A DNA stretch of 64,000 nucleotides, from contig JAKMXF010000354.1 of the NCBI GenBank assembly GCA_024704765.1, forward strand, positions 481,690 through 545,689. Reading direction: 5' to 3'. Positions 1-10,752 of the stretch are shown piece by piece. The notes beneath the pieces were generated by a model. The model worked only from the letters and a program-made list of their open reading frames with translations. It did no database searches and was not told where the DNA came from. The DNA comes from Oopsacas minuta. Lineage: Eukaryota > Animalia > Porifera. Within the stretch, counting starts at the first letter, position 1, and the number at the start of each line of letters is the position of its first letter. Position numbers and translations under genes: made by a program.

Positions 1-1
1 A

Positions 2-3000
2 CCGTTAGATGCTGAAAGATACGCTTCATATTTCAGTACAATTAGCGTAATATTCGCACACAACACTTCTCTTACAGTAGCTATTGTAATATCAGTACAG
101 GATGTTAATGAGTTCCCTCCATCCTTCATTTCTCCAACTTCTTATCTTGAATTTGTGAGTAATATTCAGCTAGGTACTCTCCTCATAACGTATTTAGCTA
201 TTGACAGAGATATCTCATACAATAAAGTAGAATACTCATTGGTTGATGCAATACCAGGTCTGTATATATCTCCTAGTACTGGAGAATTATATCTCTCCAG
301 TAGAGATATATTCTCCCTCTCTTCTCCAATCAATGTATCTATAATGGCACGAGATAATGCTCCTAATACACAGAATAGTACAACAGAATTACTATTGAAT
401 ATAATCATATACAGTATTGATATGTTACAGCCTTCTCCTTCCTATCCAATATTTATATTCAGTGTTAGAGAAGATCAGCCACTTGGTTACGTAGTTGGTA
501 TGATAGAATGTATTAATTCAGTAAATATATCCTATGTGCTACAATCTGATAACACGTTTTATGTACAGAGGGAGACAGGTAAACTGATTCTGGACAAATC
601 TCTCAATTATGCACAACAACAAAGTTATACGTTAGATACGTCATGCTACTCAAACAATCTAAGCTCTCAATTCTTCACAATAGTAACTGTAGTAGATATT
701 AACGAGTATCCCCCTGTATTATTCCCAGATATCAATACAGTATACCTCTATGAGAATACAACAGTAGGAGAGCTGATACACACAGTTTCATGCTATGACC
801 CTGATAACTCTTCTACACATCTGTACTATGAAATAACTCATGTAGAACCTAATCAATCTATATTCACTATTTCCCATGCTACAGGAGAGATATATCTTCT
901 GAATACATTAGATTATGAAATACACACATCATACACTCTGTATATTACTGTATATGATGGCATATCTTCACATGCTAATACACAAAGGTTAGAAGTAATA
1001 TTGACAATACATGTACTGGATATTAATGACAACTCTCCAGTATGTCCTCACATACTTACACTACACATAACTCATGAAGATAATAACACTAGAGAGCTAG
1101 TTAATGTACTCAACTGTTCAGATACAGATTCCACTGCTATAACTAATTTAAAGTATTTTGAGATAAATACTTTGTATGGAAATTATTTTGAGTTAGAAAT
1201 GCAAGGCAACCCACCCGCTTGGTATTTATACTTCCTGCTTGTTGAGGCTAGAGAATCTCACAACGGTTCTCTATTCAATGCATATTTCCATAACATTAAA
1301 TGTTGTGACGGATCTACTCCAGAGCTCTGTACAGTCATGTTAGTGCTGGTTACTACTGTTGTTAAGCCAATTTTAACTGAAGGGCTAAATGCTACTCAAC
1401 TGGGACTTGCTATTAGATCTGAAGGTTTGGAGAATGTGATCACTCTCTTCTTCAACATATCCGAAAGCAATGTAAGTTAAATTACAGTTAAAGCAGATAC
1501 ATTTTATTTATTTAATATGCTATTCTGTAGTGGATAGCTGTTGTGGATCATTTCAAATTGGTGACAGCTAACATTCTCACAGCTTATTGTATTAGAAATC
1601 CATTCAAATGCTCTATCCTTGAAGATTGTTCTTCTCAGAGGTAATCACATACAGTTAGGGTTGCTTATAGCGAATTCTCATGTGCCCGAATCTAATCTAC
1701 AAATTTTATCGGTAACAATGACTTAGTTCATAGTAAGAGAATATCCATTAGCGACCTTGACTCTACGAATCCTTTAGCATAGTTAAAATAATTAATAAGT
1801 TTTCGCTACCTACCAATTGTACAAAATATCCAATAATATAATTATTTAACGATGAAACTAAATTGTTAATTAATACATACGTATATTAGCTCAGCCTTTG
1901 ATGTCTTCTCACCTAATTTTAATGTTGGTATTTTACTGAGAAATAATTACAAATATTTAATTTTGCTTATGCATCATATAAAAACAATAATATTTACTTA
2001 GAATTGCAAATATTAGTCATACATGCGTTTCCGTATATTAATTGAATAGCAAATATGCTCATTGTGTGTATCGAATCGTCCTGGTCTGAAGCACTATATA
2101 CACATATTTATTTAGATATGCACTACTATAATACCCAGAAGATATATGATAGGTAGTCCTAAGAATAGTACAATAATAGACGAAGTGAACCCGAAAAACA
2201 AATAGCTGAAGAAGCTCAGGTTGTAGTTAATGTGACGTTTAGCCTTCTCAGCCACAATAAGATTAGCAACGCTTCCGATTAGAGTAAAGTTTCCTGCGAT
2301 TGTTGACACCCAAGAAAGGATAAGACTAGCTACGATTGTGTAATCTCTTGAATTAGGATCCATATTCTGAACTCCAGGCAAGCACTTTATGTAATCAACA
2401 ATCAATATTACCATGGGTACGTTACTGAGAAGATTAGACCCAATTATAATGAACAGAGTAAATACCATTACTCCACCAAACGAACGAACTCCCATGTAAT
2501 CTTTGAGAAGATGAAAGGTTGCTTTAGGTACATTTGTCTTCTTGAATCCCTCTAACCAAATAAAGAGACCACAGAATAGGAGGATAACGCCCCAATCCAG
2601 GTGTCGAACTGATTCTGTACTACTTCGTTTGTTCAGTACTCCATCAACCAGTAATAATATGCTAGCCATACAGATGGGTATTAAACCAATATCAAAGTAA
2701 AGGTTTGCAGCATTATGTGGTGGTACACACAGTAGTATAATTGTAATAGTGAGGGACAGTACTAGGATAACCCAGAATAACCTGTTATAAGAGGGCGTGT
2801 GAATACAGAATTTGCAAGGAGCGTAAATTATCGGGATATCAGAGTTGCCGCCATCTGGGTCATATAACATGATCCATGAGCTCGTAATATCTTGATTCGT
2901 ATCTCCATTTTGGGGGGCAGCATTGCACACATGAGGACTTGTTCTGCAATAAAACCTGTGAGGAGTACGAATCTTCAATCTGTTAAAAAGAGCATTCTGT

Positions 3001-6000
3001 AACAACGGGTGTTTCTCATCACATTGAAATGTTATTTCTTCCTTCTTTCCGTTCTGAATTACGTTATTGTCTCCTATACCAGATACCTCATGCACCACAG
3101 AGCCGTTAGTAATGTGATTTGATTCAATCTTGTTATTGGATATACTCTGAATACTTCTCGTGTCTTCTTCATGCTGTGCTCCTATATTCTCACTTATTGA
3201 GTTGGTTAGAATAATGGGACTATGAGAACTCGTGTCACTGCTGACATATTTGTTGTCTATAGATACTTCGTTTATATTGGTATTCTCTTTAGGCTGTTTC
3301 TTCTTCCTCAGATAGAAGCAATACGTGTAGATATAGAGTAGACAAGTATTCAAGAAGAGACCAACTATAGCTGCTGGGAAAAGAGTTAGAAATGTTTGAG
3401 ACAAGTTCAGGCCTATATTAGCTGCAATATACGCATTTTGTGGATTCCCCATGACAGTAGCTGCACTGCCGATATTAGCCGAGCTTGCTATCCCTAGCAA
3501 CAGGGGTAGGAATTCTCTCTTACTTCTCTTCTGTCTTCTATGTTCAAGTAGTATTAAAGGAGTTAGCAACACACATGTAGCATCATTAGTAATAAGTGCT
3601 GAGAGAGTTCCTGACATTATACATATTACCCAGAGGATAGTGTAGAATGATCTCTCCTTCTTCATGAGGGGTTTTAATACCAGAGAGAGGAGGCCTTCCC
3701 TCTCTAAGTAATAAGCGAATAACATCATGCCGAGCAATAGACACAATGTTTGCAAACTATTCTTCCTCCCTAGAATGCAATACACTTCATCTTGTGTTAA
3801 AACAAGCACTACTGTCATTAATAATGAGCCGAATAACACTGCTGCAATTCTTCCAAACCGGAGACATTTGAAATCACACACCAAACACGGCCAAATTATT
3901 AGATAGCAAAGAGAGCCCAATATTAATAATGCTACAGCTGAGAGAGGTGTATTTACCTCATGATGCAGTAATATCTCGGTTATACTCACATTGCAACTCG
4001 CGTTTCTATGATCGTATATTAACCTGCACTGTGTTAATTCTTCTCCAGCCATAGATATCACAGCTTTATGCGAAACATTAATTTGTAACTGTTTTATAGC
4101 TATTCCTCTGCAGGATTCTGGCCTACTGGCTTCAGGGATTTGTATTGCGCCCTACCAATCCGAGAGTTATGCCTGATTTTTTATTTCTTCTCAGTAGAAA
4201 AGGTACCATAGTAACCTATACTATGCTTATGTAATATTCTGTTTGAGTAATACAATGTGAATGGTGATTCAATTTGAGTCCTTATAGCTGTGATTAACAT
4301 TGAGTAAGGTCTACCTCACAGTTAAAGATTTCATATACACTAAGCTGATGATTAGTTCTTATGAGGGCGCATCTGTATTGTTAACTCTGTTAAATCATGC
4401 TTGTGGAATTTATCTCATTGTTTAGCACGTTTGTAATTAAGGTAATAGTATTACAATACATTATTCTGAATTATTTGATTAAAGTGATTGTATTACAAAA
4501 CGTTTCCTATTATTAATGCCATTAATTAGCAGTACCAACTATGCATAGGGGAGCATTTCACTTTATATAAATATCGTATTCACACGGCTAATACGTACAC
4601 TTTATTAGTTTGGGTAAGAGTGACGTATATTTATGGTAGGTGTGTCTTATAAGAAGATATTTTCATGTGATTGCTCGCGAATAAATATCTATTAACGTAG
4701 TTGTTTTCATCGGTAAACATCCCATAAATTCTACCTCAAACTGAATCATTAAATGTTTATATTATCTGTTACACTCTGGCCTTAGTATATTCAGTAATTA
4801 ATTACCTTTGATAAATCCTTATTTATTGACGACATTAACTGACTTCTGATAAGAATACATAACAAACAAAAGACGGTTTTGTTTTCATATCATTAATTGT
4901 AACACCTTTATCAGTATTCAAAGATAATAATTGGATTAATTATAAGAAAATGTTACAAATGATTTTGTTTACAGAAGTAATATCCTGTTATGCAATATAT
5001 TATCAATAAACAATTTGTATAGACTTTAAATTTACAGTATGGAAATACCCGCTTATAAAGAAGCATGAAATTGTACAAATATTGTTCTAAACAATCAAAA
5101 GTAATATTGTGTGGGAGTAGACTGTATAGTACAAAGGCCCATGACATCAGTAATATAGTGTAATGTGTATTTTATAAATTATATTTCAACACTCTAATAG
5201 ACAATCAGATTGGTTCATTCCAACTAATGTAGTAGTGCAGGATGTATATCAAGTTATTACAGGGAGTGAAGCTGAGCTAGAGGTTCATTTCTATGTCTCT
5301 CTTCCTGATCTCCCTAAAGACCCAGATGGAGCTACAGATTACGTGGTACCAGGGGAAGTGCTGTTCGAGGCTGTAAATAATAGTGGCGTAATCAAAGACA
5401 TCCTTACAGCCGTTACACCAATCTCAGTTATTACTGTCTGCCAGAATGATAATGAATTGCTTGTTTATGTTCCAGCAGCATTTATAGCAGGAGTACTGTT
5501 TTGTGCAACTCTGTTAATACTAATATTCTTCTTGTATAAAATCTACAAGGCTTGTGAACGTCAGTGTTCCAATAAAAAGTAAGTTGACTGAATTAAGTTT
5601 CATTTTTTGTTGATATCTAAATTAAGGTCAATGCCTGAACATTCGGAACATATACCAATATATAATGAGCGAGTCGAGAACTTTATGAGCTGAGCGAGCG
5701 AAATATCTAGACGAACCTATTCGCTCTTCTCAGGGATATTGCGAATGTAGGGACTTGAGTGAAAAATTTGGAACGTTTGGCGATCAATTGCTCCTGTACC
5801 ATAACACATAATTTTGGTTGTACCTTGGATAATCTACTTTATTATGTTAATATTAAATCTTGCAGGAAAGTATTCCCAGTAGAACCAGAAAAAATTGTAC
5901 TGAGTAACTTATCAAGAGAACCAGCAACTCAACAATTAACAGAGAAGAGTCTGTGTATTAGTTCTATCAGCACACTCAGTAGTGATATAAGTAAGGAAGA

Positions 6001-6631
6001 ACAGGTTAATACATCTAGAAGACCTGCTATCAATGCTGAAATACAAATTGATCAAAATCAAAATGAAGGAACTCCTACATTTACATCAGAAGAGAAAGAA
6101 GTTACTACTTTAGAGGATTCTAGCATTATGAATCCATTCTGGGAAACTAATCCTCGTTTCTGGAGTTTCCAAGAGAGGAAGGCAGGTAATGATGAATATT
6201 ACGTGACACCTCTACCCTCAGAACAAGAGCAAGGTACTACAGTAAGAGATACAGACTCTCCTATTACAGAATACTATAGTAGTACAGATGTGTCTGTGTT
6301 TAGCAGTCAGACTAGTCTAGGAAAAGCTTCTGTTAAAGCAACAGGAAAAGCTCGTGGTAGATACGATCTAATGGAACTTGCTTCTATGGAAAGTTTAATG
6401 GTACAAAATCCTACCATGGATAAGCCCTCTATTAGTTCTAGACCAGAATCACATAACTTGACATCTGGTACTACATCAAGATCTACTATCCTCTATCTCT
6501 CATCAACTACACCTAGTAAATCTAATACTTCGTTACAAGAACTGCCAAGATGTAGCACAGCTGCTAATATTGACTCTCAAGAACAGAACAAGAAGATTTT
6601 CAATCCCAAGATGGCATGGGATCAAGATTAA
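2..6631 (+). CDS. Cadherin-repeat transmembrane protein (FAT/protocadherin-like), 5' partial. Exons <2..1471, 5241..5578, 5866..6631
   Basis: The frame is open from base 2 (DVNEFPP) and carries cadherin motifs DINEYPP, LDYE and DINDNSP. A GTAAGT donor at 1472 (phase 0) joins a CAG acceptor at 5240; this exon encodes a TM helix (VYVPAAFIAGVLFCATLLILIFFLY). A GTAAGT donor at 5579 (phase 2) joins a TGCAG acceptor at 5865, in frame with the Ser/Thr-rich tail ORF. Confidence 0.8.
2112..4052 (-). CDS. LSI2: Lsi2-like (ArsB/CitMHS ion-transporter superfamily) silicon/metalloid efflux transporter
   Basis: Motifs GRIAAVLFGSLLM, SALITNDATCVLLT, ASSANIGSAATVMGNPQN, LSNVPMV and WVSTIAGNFTLIGSVANLIVAE match recalled plant Lsi2 motifs. 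Two TM bundles are separated by a long hydrophilic loop. First ATG is at 4052; the ORF track starts at a GTG at 4061. Confidence 0.85.
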   Translation of the reverse strand: MAGEELTQCRLIYDHRNASCNVSITEILLHHEVNTPLSAVALLILGSLCYLIIWPCLVCDFKCLRFGRIAAVLFGSLLMTVVLVLTQDEVYCILGRKNSLQTLCLLLGMMLFAYYLEREGLLSLVLKPLMKKERSFYTILWVICIMSGTLSALITNDATCVLLTPLILLEHRRQKRSKREFLPLLLGIASSANIGSAATVMGNPQNAYIAANIGLNLSQTFLTLFPAAIVGLFLNTCLLYIYTYCFYLRKKKQPKENTNINEVSIDNKYVSSDTSSHSPIILTNSISENIGAQHEEDTRSIQSISNNKIESNHITNGSVVHEVSGIGDNNVIQNGKKEEITFQCDEKHPLLQNALFNRLKIRTPHRFYCRTSPHVCNAAPQNGDTNQDITSSWIMLYDPDGGNSDIPIIYAPCKFCIHTPSYNRLFWVILVLSLTITIILLCVPPHNAANLYFDIGLIPICMASILLLVDGVLNKRSSTESVRHLDWGVILLFCGLFIWLEGFKKTNVPKATFHLLKDYMGVRSFGGVMVFTLFIIIGSNLLSNVPMVILIVDYIKCLPGVQNMDPNSRDYTIVASLILSWVSTIAGNFTLIGSVANLIVAEKAKRHINYNLSFFSYLFFGFTSSIIVLFLGLPIIYLLGIIVVHI

Positions 6632-6774
6632 CATATCGCGCTTACAGCCCATTTTAATTTATCTATATGTAATTCGAAATTTCTTTTTTTACCCCGTCCT
6701 TATTTGTAAATTAAATTTATATTTTACTAATATCATCTTTCTGATAAATCCTCGCTAATTGCTTTGGTATAAGC

Positions 6775-6900
6775 CAAGTTCGATATAACCGACATGAATT
6801 GACCGAGTTTAGAATTTTGGCCGATTCGAGGCCGAGTTTGTACAATTTGAGGCTTCGATATAAGCGGCTATTTCTATATAACCGTGTTCGATATAAGGAT
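6775..6900. repeat. Degenerate MITE-like relic with repeated TTCGATATAA motifs
   Basis: TTCGATATAA occurs three times in about 120 bp of intergenic DNA and resembles the other short MITE-like relics in the window. Confidence 0.35.
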
Positions 6901-7009
6901 TATTTCTTGCCCTCTATATTCTACATCAGTCTTTATAATAAATTACTCCCAAATTTATTTTTTAATATACACTTTTATTCAGTTTAGAAACAAAAATCTA
7001 ATACGTAAT

Positions 7010-8500
7010 TTAATCAAAATAACCTTCCATATCAATATCCGGGTTGAGAATATTATCTTTCAAATCTGTCAAGTTAAGTTGATTGAGTATTAAGTTCTCG
7101 CACATTTCTTCTAATCCTGTTTCTCCTATTAATACTGCTCCTACCATCTTTTCCTGGAAGAGAACTATCTTGATATATTCGTCCCCTTTTCCATATCTCA
7201 GGAGAAACTCTACATCAATTTTATCTAAACCTGCTGCATGAAAATTTCCTAATAGAATGACTTTATGGCCGAAGAACTTGGTCGAATGCGTGAATAATTC
7301 GAAACAAAAATCTTGTAGAATATACTCATCATTCAAATGAGAAGCAATACACTTTCCAGCATAGTTTCCCATCTGTAATGCTTGTGTCCATAATCTCATT
7401 TGGAACCAGAAATTATCCTCGATAGCACTACCTGTCCAATTGACAGTACAAGCGTCTCCAGCTGCATACACGTTAGGGAGAGATGTACGCATTTCTTCGT
7501 CAATGATTATCCCACCGTCTGTTGATATCTTCAAGTGAGAATCTTTTGAAAATGGATAAACATTAGGCTGTACACCTGTAGCTGATACTACCATATCACA
7601 TTCTATTATCTTGCTATTTGTAAGGAGTACATGTACAGGCCATTCTCTATTGTAACCTTCTACCATTGAATTATTCGTCTCTTGTAACTGTATATGTTTT
7701 ATTTCACAATTATACTCAATTCGTATATTTTTCCCTGTCAATACGTCATCAATATCTAATTCATCTGTCCAATCAGGACCCAGTGCACTCCCCCTGATGT
7801 GTACCCCTCCAGGAGCATATGCTAGGTTACCCTTGCTACCCTGTATGTAACGGAACCCTTTCTTATCTTTATTCCTAGTTTCCTTATTTCCCATTTCAGA
7901 TAACATGAACTGAGCAGCACCCTTGTCTAAGAACACAGATCCAATAGCATTATCTCTTATTACCCACACTACTTCTGTTCCTTTGATCTTATACACTAAT
8001 TCCAATGCGATACCGCCGTTACCAACGATAACAACTCTCCGTGAATCTCTCAATTTAGCTTGTACCAACTCTACACTATCTGTGTCTCTTATACCATATA
8101 CACATGTACTCTCATCTCCTATCAGCTGAGGAGTAGCTCCTGTACAAATACATAATTTGCTGTAACGAATTGAGAAATTATTATTGATAGTTACAGCGTT
8201 ATGTTCTGCTATTAATGTGGTTACAATTCCATATAGTACTTTAACTCTATTGATCTCTGTTGTTAGAGATCCTAATGATAACTCCTCAATATCAAAGTTA
8301 AGCACTGTACCAGACTCATTTCTAATATTGACAGCTCTTTTGACAACAGGGGAGCCTGATACCAAGAGTATAGGTAGTTTAATATTCTGTACTGATAGAC
8401 TCTCTGCACAAGATACTCCAGCTATTCCTCCGCCTACTACTATGATTGGGTTATGAGTTGTTATTTTATTCTGTAGGATTATTGGATAGGCTTCAGCCAT
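7010..8500 (-). CDS. PYROXD1: Pyridine nucleotide-disulfide oxidoreductase domain-containing protein 1
   Basis: FAD motif IIVVGGGIAGVSCAE, NAD motif VVIVGNGGIALE, GSALGPDW, WFQMRLWTQA and C-terminal NPDIDMEGYFD; single ORF of 496 aa. Confidence 0.93.
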   Translation of the reverse strand: MAEAYPIILQNKITTHNPIIVVGGGIAGVSCAESLSVQNIKLPILLVSGSPVVKRAVNIRNESGTVLNFDIEELSLGSLTTEINRVKVLYGIVTTLIAEHNAVTINNNFSIRYSKLCICTGATPQLIGDESTCVYGIRDTDSVELVQAKLRDSRRVVIVGNGGIALELVYKIKGTEVVWVIRDNAIGSVFLDKGAAQFMLSEMGNKETRNKDKKGFRYIQGSKGNLAYAPGGVHIRGSALGPDWTDELDIDDVLTGKNIRIEYNCEIKHIQLQETNNSMVEGYNREWPVHVLLTNSKIIECDMVVSATGVQPNVYPFSKDSHLKISTDGGIIIDEEMRTSLPNVYAAGDACTVNWTGSAIEDNFWFQMRLWTQALQMGNYAGKCIASHLNDEYILQDFCFELFTHSTKFFGHKVILLGNFHAAGLDKIDVEFLLRYGKGDEYIKIVLFQEKMVGAVLIGETGLEEMCENLILNQLNLTDLKDNILNPDIDMEGYFD

Positions 8501-8926
8501 TTATACAAGTAAATAAATCTAAGAGCTAGTTTTAGCAACATAATATGAGCTTTGGCTCGTAACTCCTCAGATATCCTATGAGCGTAGGAACACTATGAAA
8601 AGATGAGCGGGCATTACCTGGACGAAAATGAAAAGTGGGTCCTCTATTCTGATGCCAATGTATACTTTTGGTTGTCAAATGTCAAAATGTACATAAGATA
8701 TACTTGAAAATGCAAAATTTAGAATCAGTGTGTACGTAACCTTAATTGTTTTGTATGGCTTAAATAGATCAAAACCTCTTATATTTTTTATTTTATTTTA
8801 CAGAGGGAGATCTGCTTGAATACGTTCTAAGTTCTAACAAATAAAAGTATGTAGCATATATGATATGATTTTACTTGGCATCAACATTAATATCGAATTC
8901 ACAATTATGATAATAATATTTTCAAA

Positions 8927-10258
8927 TCATGATACCCATTCAGTTGGATTCCATACTAGATGTACAGGATCAAGCTTCCTCTTCCTCTTCTTGGTCCCTC
9001 CTTCATTTTTGCTACACTCTTCTACAAGAATGACATGTGAACTTTTCCAGTACTTTATCAGTCCATAGTACTGCATGGTACTGATTAGATCCTCAGCTCT
9101 TACTCCTGAAGTTACTGATAAATTCTTGACAGAGAATACTGGTGTTCTCTTCTCCTCCTCATCTTCTCCAGGAGTAATTAGAGATATTAAATGATCTAGT
9201 ATTACACTACGCCAGTAGCTACGGTAAGCTAATAAGCCTAAGTCTGATAGAGGTTGTTCAGGACTTCCTTGCTTCTCTTCATGTCTTGACAATAAATAAG
9301 AGAATTCTATTAACATGTTACCGTAGCCCTTCCTCAAATGCTGTGGTAATACCATGATACAAGAGAGGTTATGGTCTTTGTCAGATAACTTCTCCTTTGA
9401 AAAGTATCCTATGAATCCCCAGTGAGGTCCTTTACCATCTTCATTCACCCACTGGTATAGCAGATAGAAGAGGAACGGACTCACGTCTCTGTAGATGGTC
9501 TTGTGGTCAAGAAATAGTTTAGACAGCAGACATAAATTCTGACAAAAACGTTTGTGAAGTTCTCCATCTACTTCAAAGAAAGATAGATTATCTTGTCTAT
9601 ATATCTCAGTACCAGGGGGACCAGTAGATGAACAGTGCTGTAGATGTAGAGATAGAGTGTCAGAGCTTGAGAAGTATTGGAAACATTTAGGACACAAGAA
9701 CATCTGGGGGAGGGAAGAGAAGACCAAAGGGTAGGGGCTAGGGAATGAGGGCTTGATATTGTTCCGTTCAAATACTACTACTTCAGGGAGAGGTCCCTCA
9801 CTAATGTGTTTGTCTGATAAACTGAAGGGAAGAGAGATTACGTTAGAAGAGGAACATTTTAGTTTTAGCTTGTCTTTTGCTTTCATTTGTGCTTCTCTGA
9901 ATAGAGATTGTTGTTTGCTGGGAATAGGATTAGAACGGGGCAGCTGTCTCTGTCGTGTTGGGGGAGGAGAGGATAGTTGGTTATTCAGCTGATTGAGACG
10001 AGACCTCCAGATGTAAGGTGATATTAATCGCGAGTGAGTGCCCTTAGTAGGTTGTATTTTGGTCGTGGAGCTTGATGTTTGGTGTTTTTGTTTATTGATA
10101 GGATTAGATTTTATTTTAGGAATATGTTTGCTTGTAGGAGAGACTCCATTGGATTTAGTCTTATTAATGTCTGTATTGTTTTGAGATTTTGATAACTTTA
10201 TCTTCCTCACAGAACGACGCGTAGCTGACCGGGTGATGATAGATGATCCCTGGTCCAT
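8927..10258 (-). CDS. MYST-family histone acetyltransferase (KAT5/KAT7-like)
   Basis: C2HC finger (CPKC..HLQHC), FCQNLCLLSKLFLDHKT, GYFSKEK, LSCIMVLPQHLRKGYG acetyl-CoA motif and GSPEQPLSDLG with the catalytic Glu. The N-terminus is basic and low complexity. Confidence 0.92.
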   Translation of the reverse strand: MDQGSSIITRSATRRSVRKIKLSKSQNNTDINKTKSNGVSPTSKHIPKIKSNPINKQKHQTSSSTTKIQPTKGTHSRLISPYIWRSRLNQLNNQLSSPPPTRQRQLPRSNPIPSKQQSLFREAQMKAKDKLKLKCSSSNVISLPFSLSDKHISEGPLPEVVVFERNNIKPSFPSPYPLVFSSLPQMFLCPKCFQYFSSSDTLSLHLQHCSSTGPPGTEIYRQDNLSFFEVDGELHKRFCQNLCLLSKLFLDHKTIYRDVSPFLFYLLYQWVNEDGKGPHWGFIGYFSKEKLSDKDHNLSCIMVLPQHLRKGYGNMLIEFSYLLSRHEEKQGSPEQPLSDLGLLAYRSYWRSVILDHLISLITPGEDEEEKRTPVFSVKNLSVTSGVRAEDLISTMQYYGLIKYWKSSHVILVEECSKNEGGTKKRKRKLDPVHLVWNPTEWVS

Positions 10259-10544
10259 TTAAGCTAGAGTTTCAAAAATATTTCAGAAGATGAAACAAAT
10301 GCAATGCAAATTTTCGAATATAAATTCTTGTATTCAATGCAATTTATACACAAAACAATAAAACAACTCCTAAAGACAACAACAAAAGGTTTGTCTAACG
10401 GGCGAGGATCGTTCCGAACGAGACACGTAACAAATTCTTATTAGTGTTCATCGTCCGCGTCCGTTAGACGAACTCTATTGTCGTTATTACTAAATATTAT
10501 ATTCTGTCACTTCCAACTCTAAAGAGAACTTCAGAAATAATCTA

Positions 10545-10609
10545 CAGTGAAATCTCGTTAATACGAAACTCCTGCTTTCCTTGTTGTTCGTATTAACGAG
10601 ATTCCAGTG
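10545..10609. mobile_element. 65-bp MITE-like element with 23-bp terminal inverted repeats and TA flanks (Tc1/mariner-pogo type)
   Basis: TA-CAGTGAAATCTCGTTAATACGAA ... TTCGTATTAACGAGATTCCAGTG-TA; 21/23 bases match between arms; a related relic lies at about 25587..25647. Confidence 0.6.
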
Positions 10610-10752
10610 TAACTTCATTTAGGATCAAAAGACGTGTCAGAGAATAATTTCGAGATATTTTTGAATTTTAGATTATACACATTAATAGTTAATAGAAAAC
10701 GATTTAAATGCATCCAATGGAAAAAAGCGCAGAAAAGCAAATATCAAATAAC

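Noticed and set aside
2112-4061. Bacterial ArsB contaminant or recent horizontal transfer
   Set aside because: It sits in a spliceosomal intron of a metazoan cadherin, has host-like composition and a long eukaryote-type loop, and its motifs resemble eukaryotic Lsi2.
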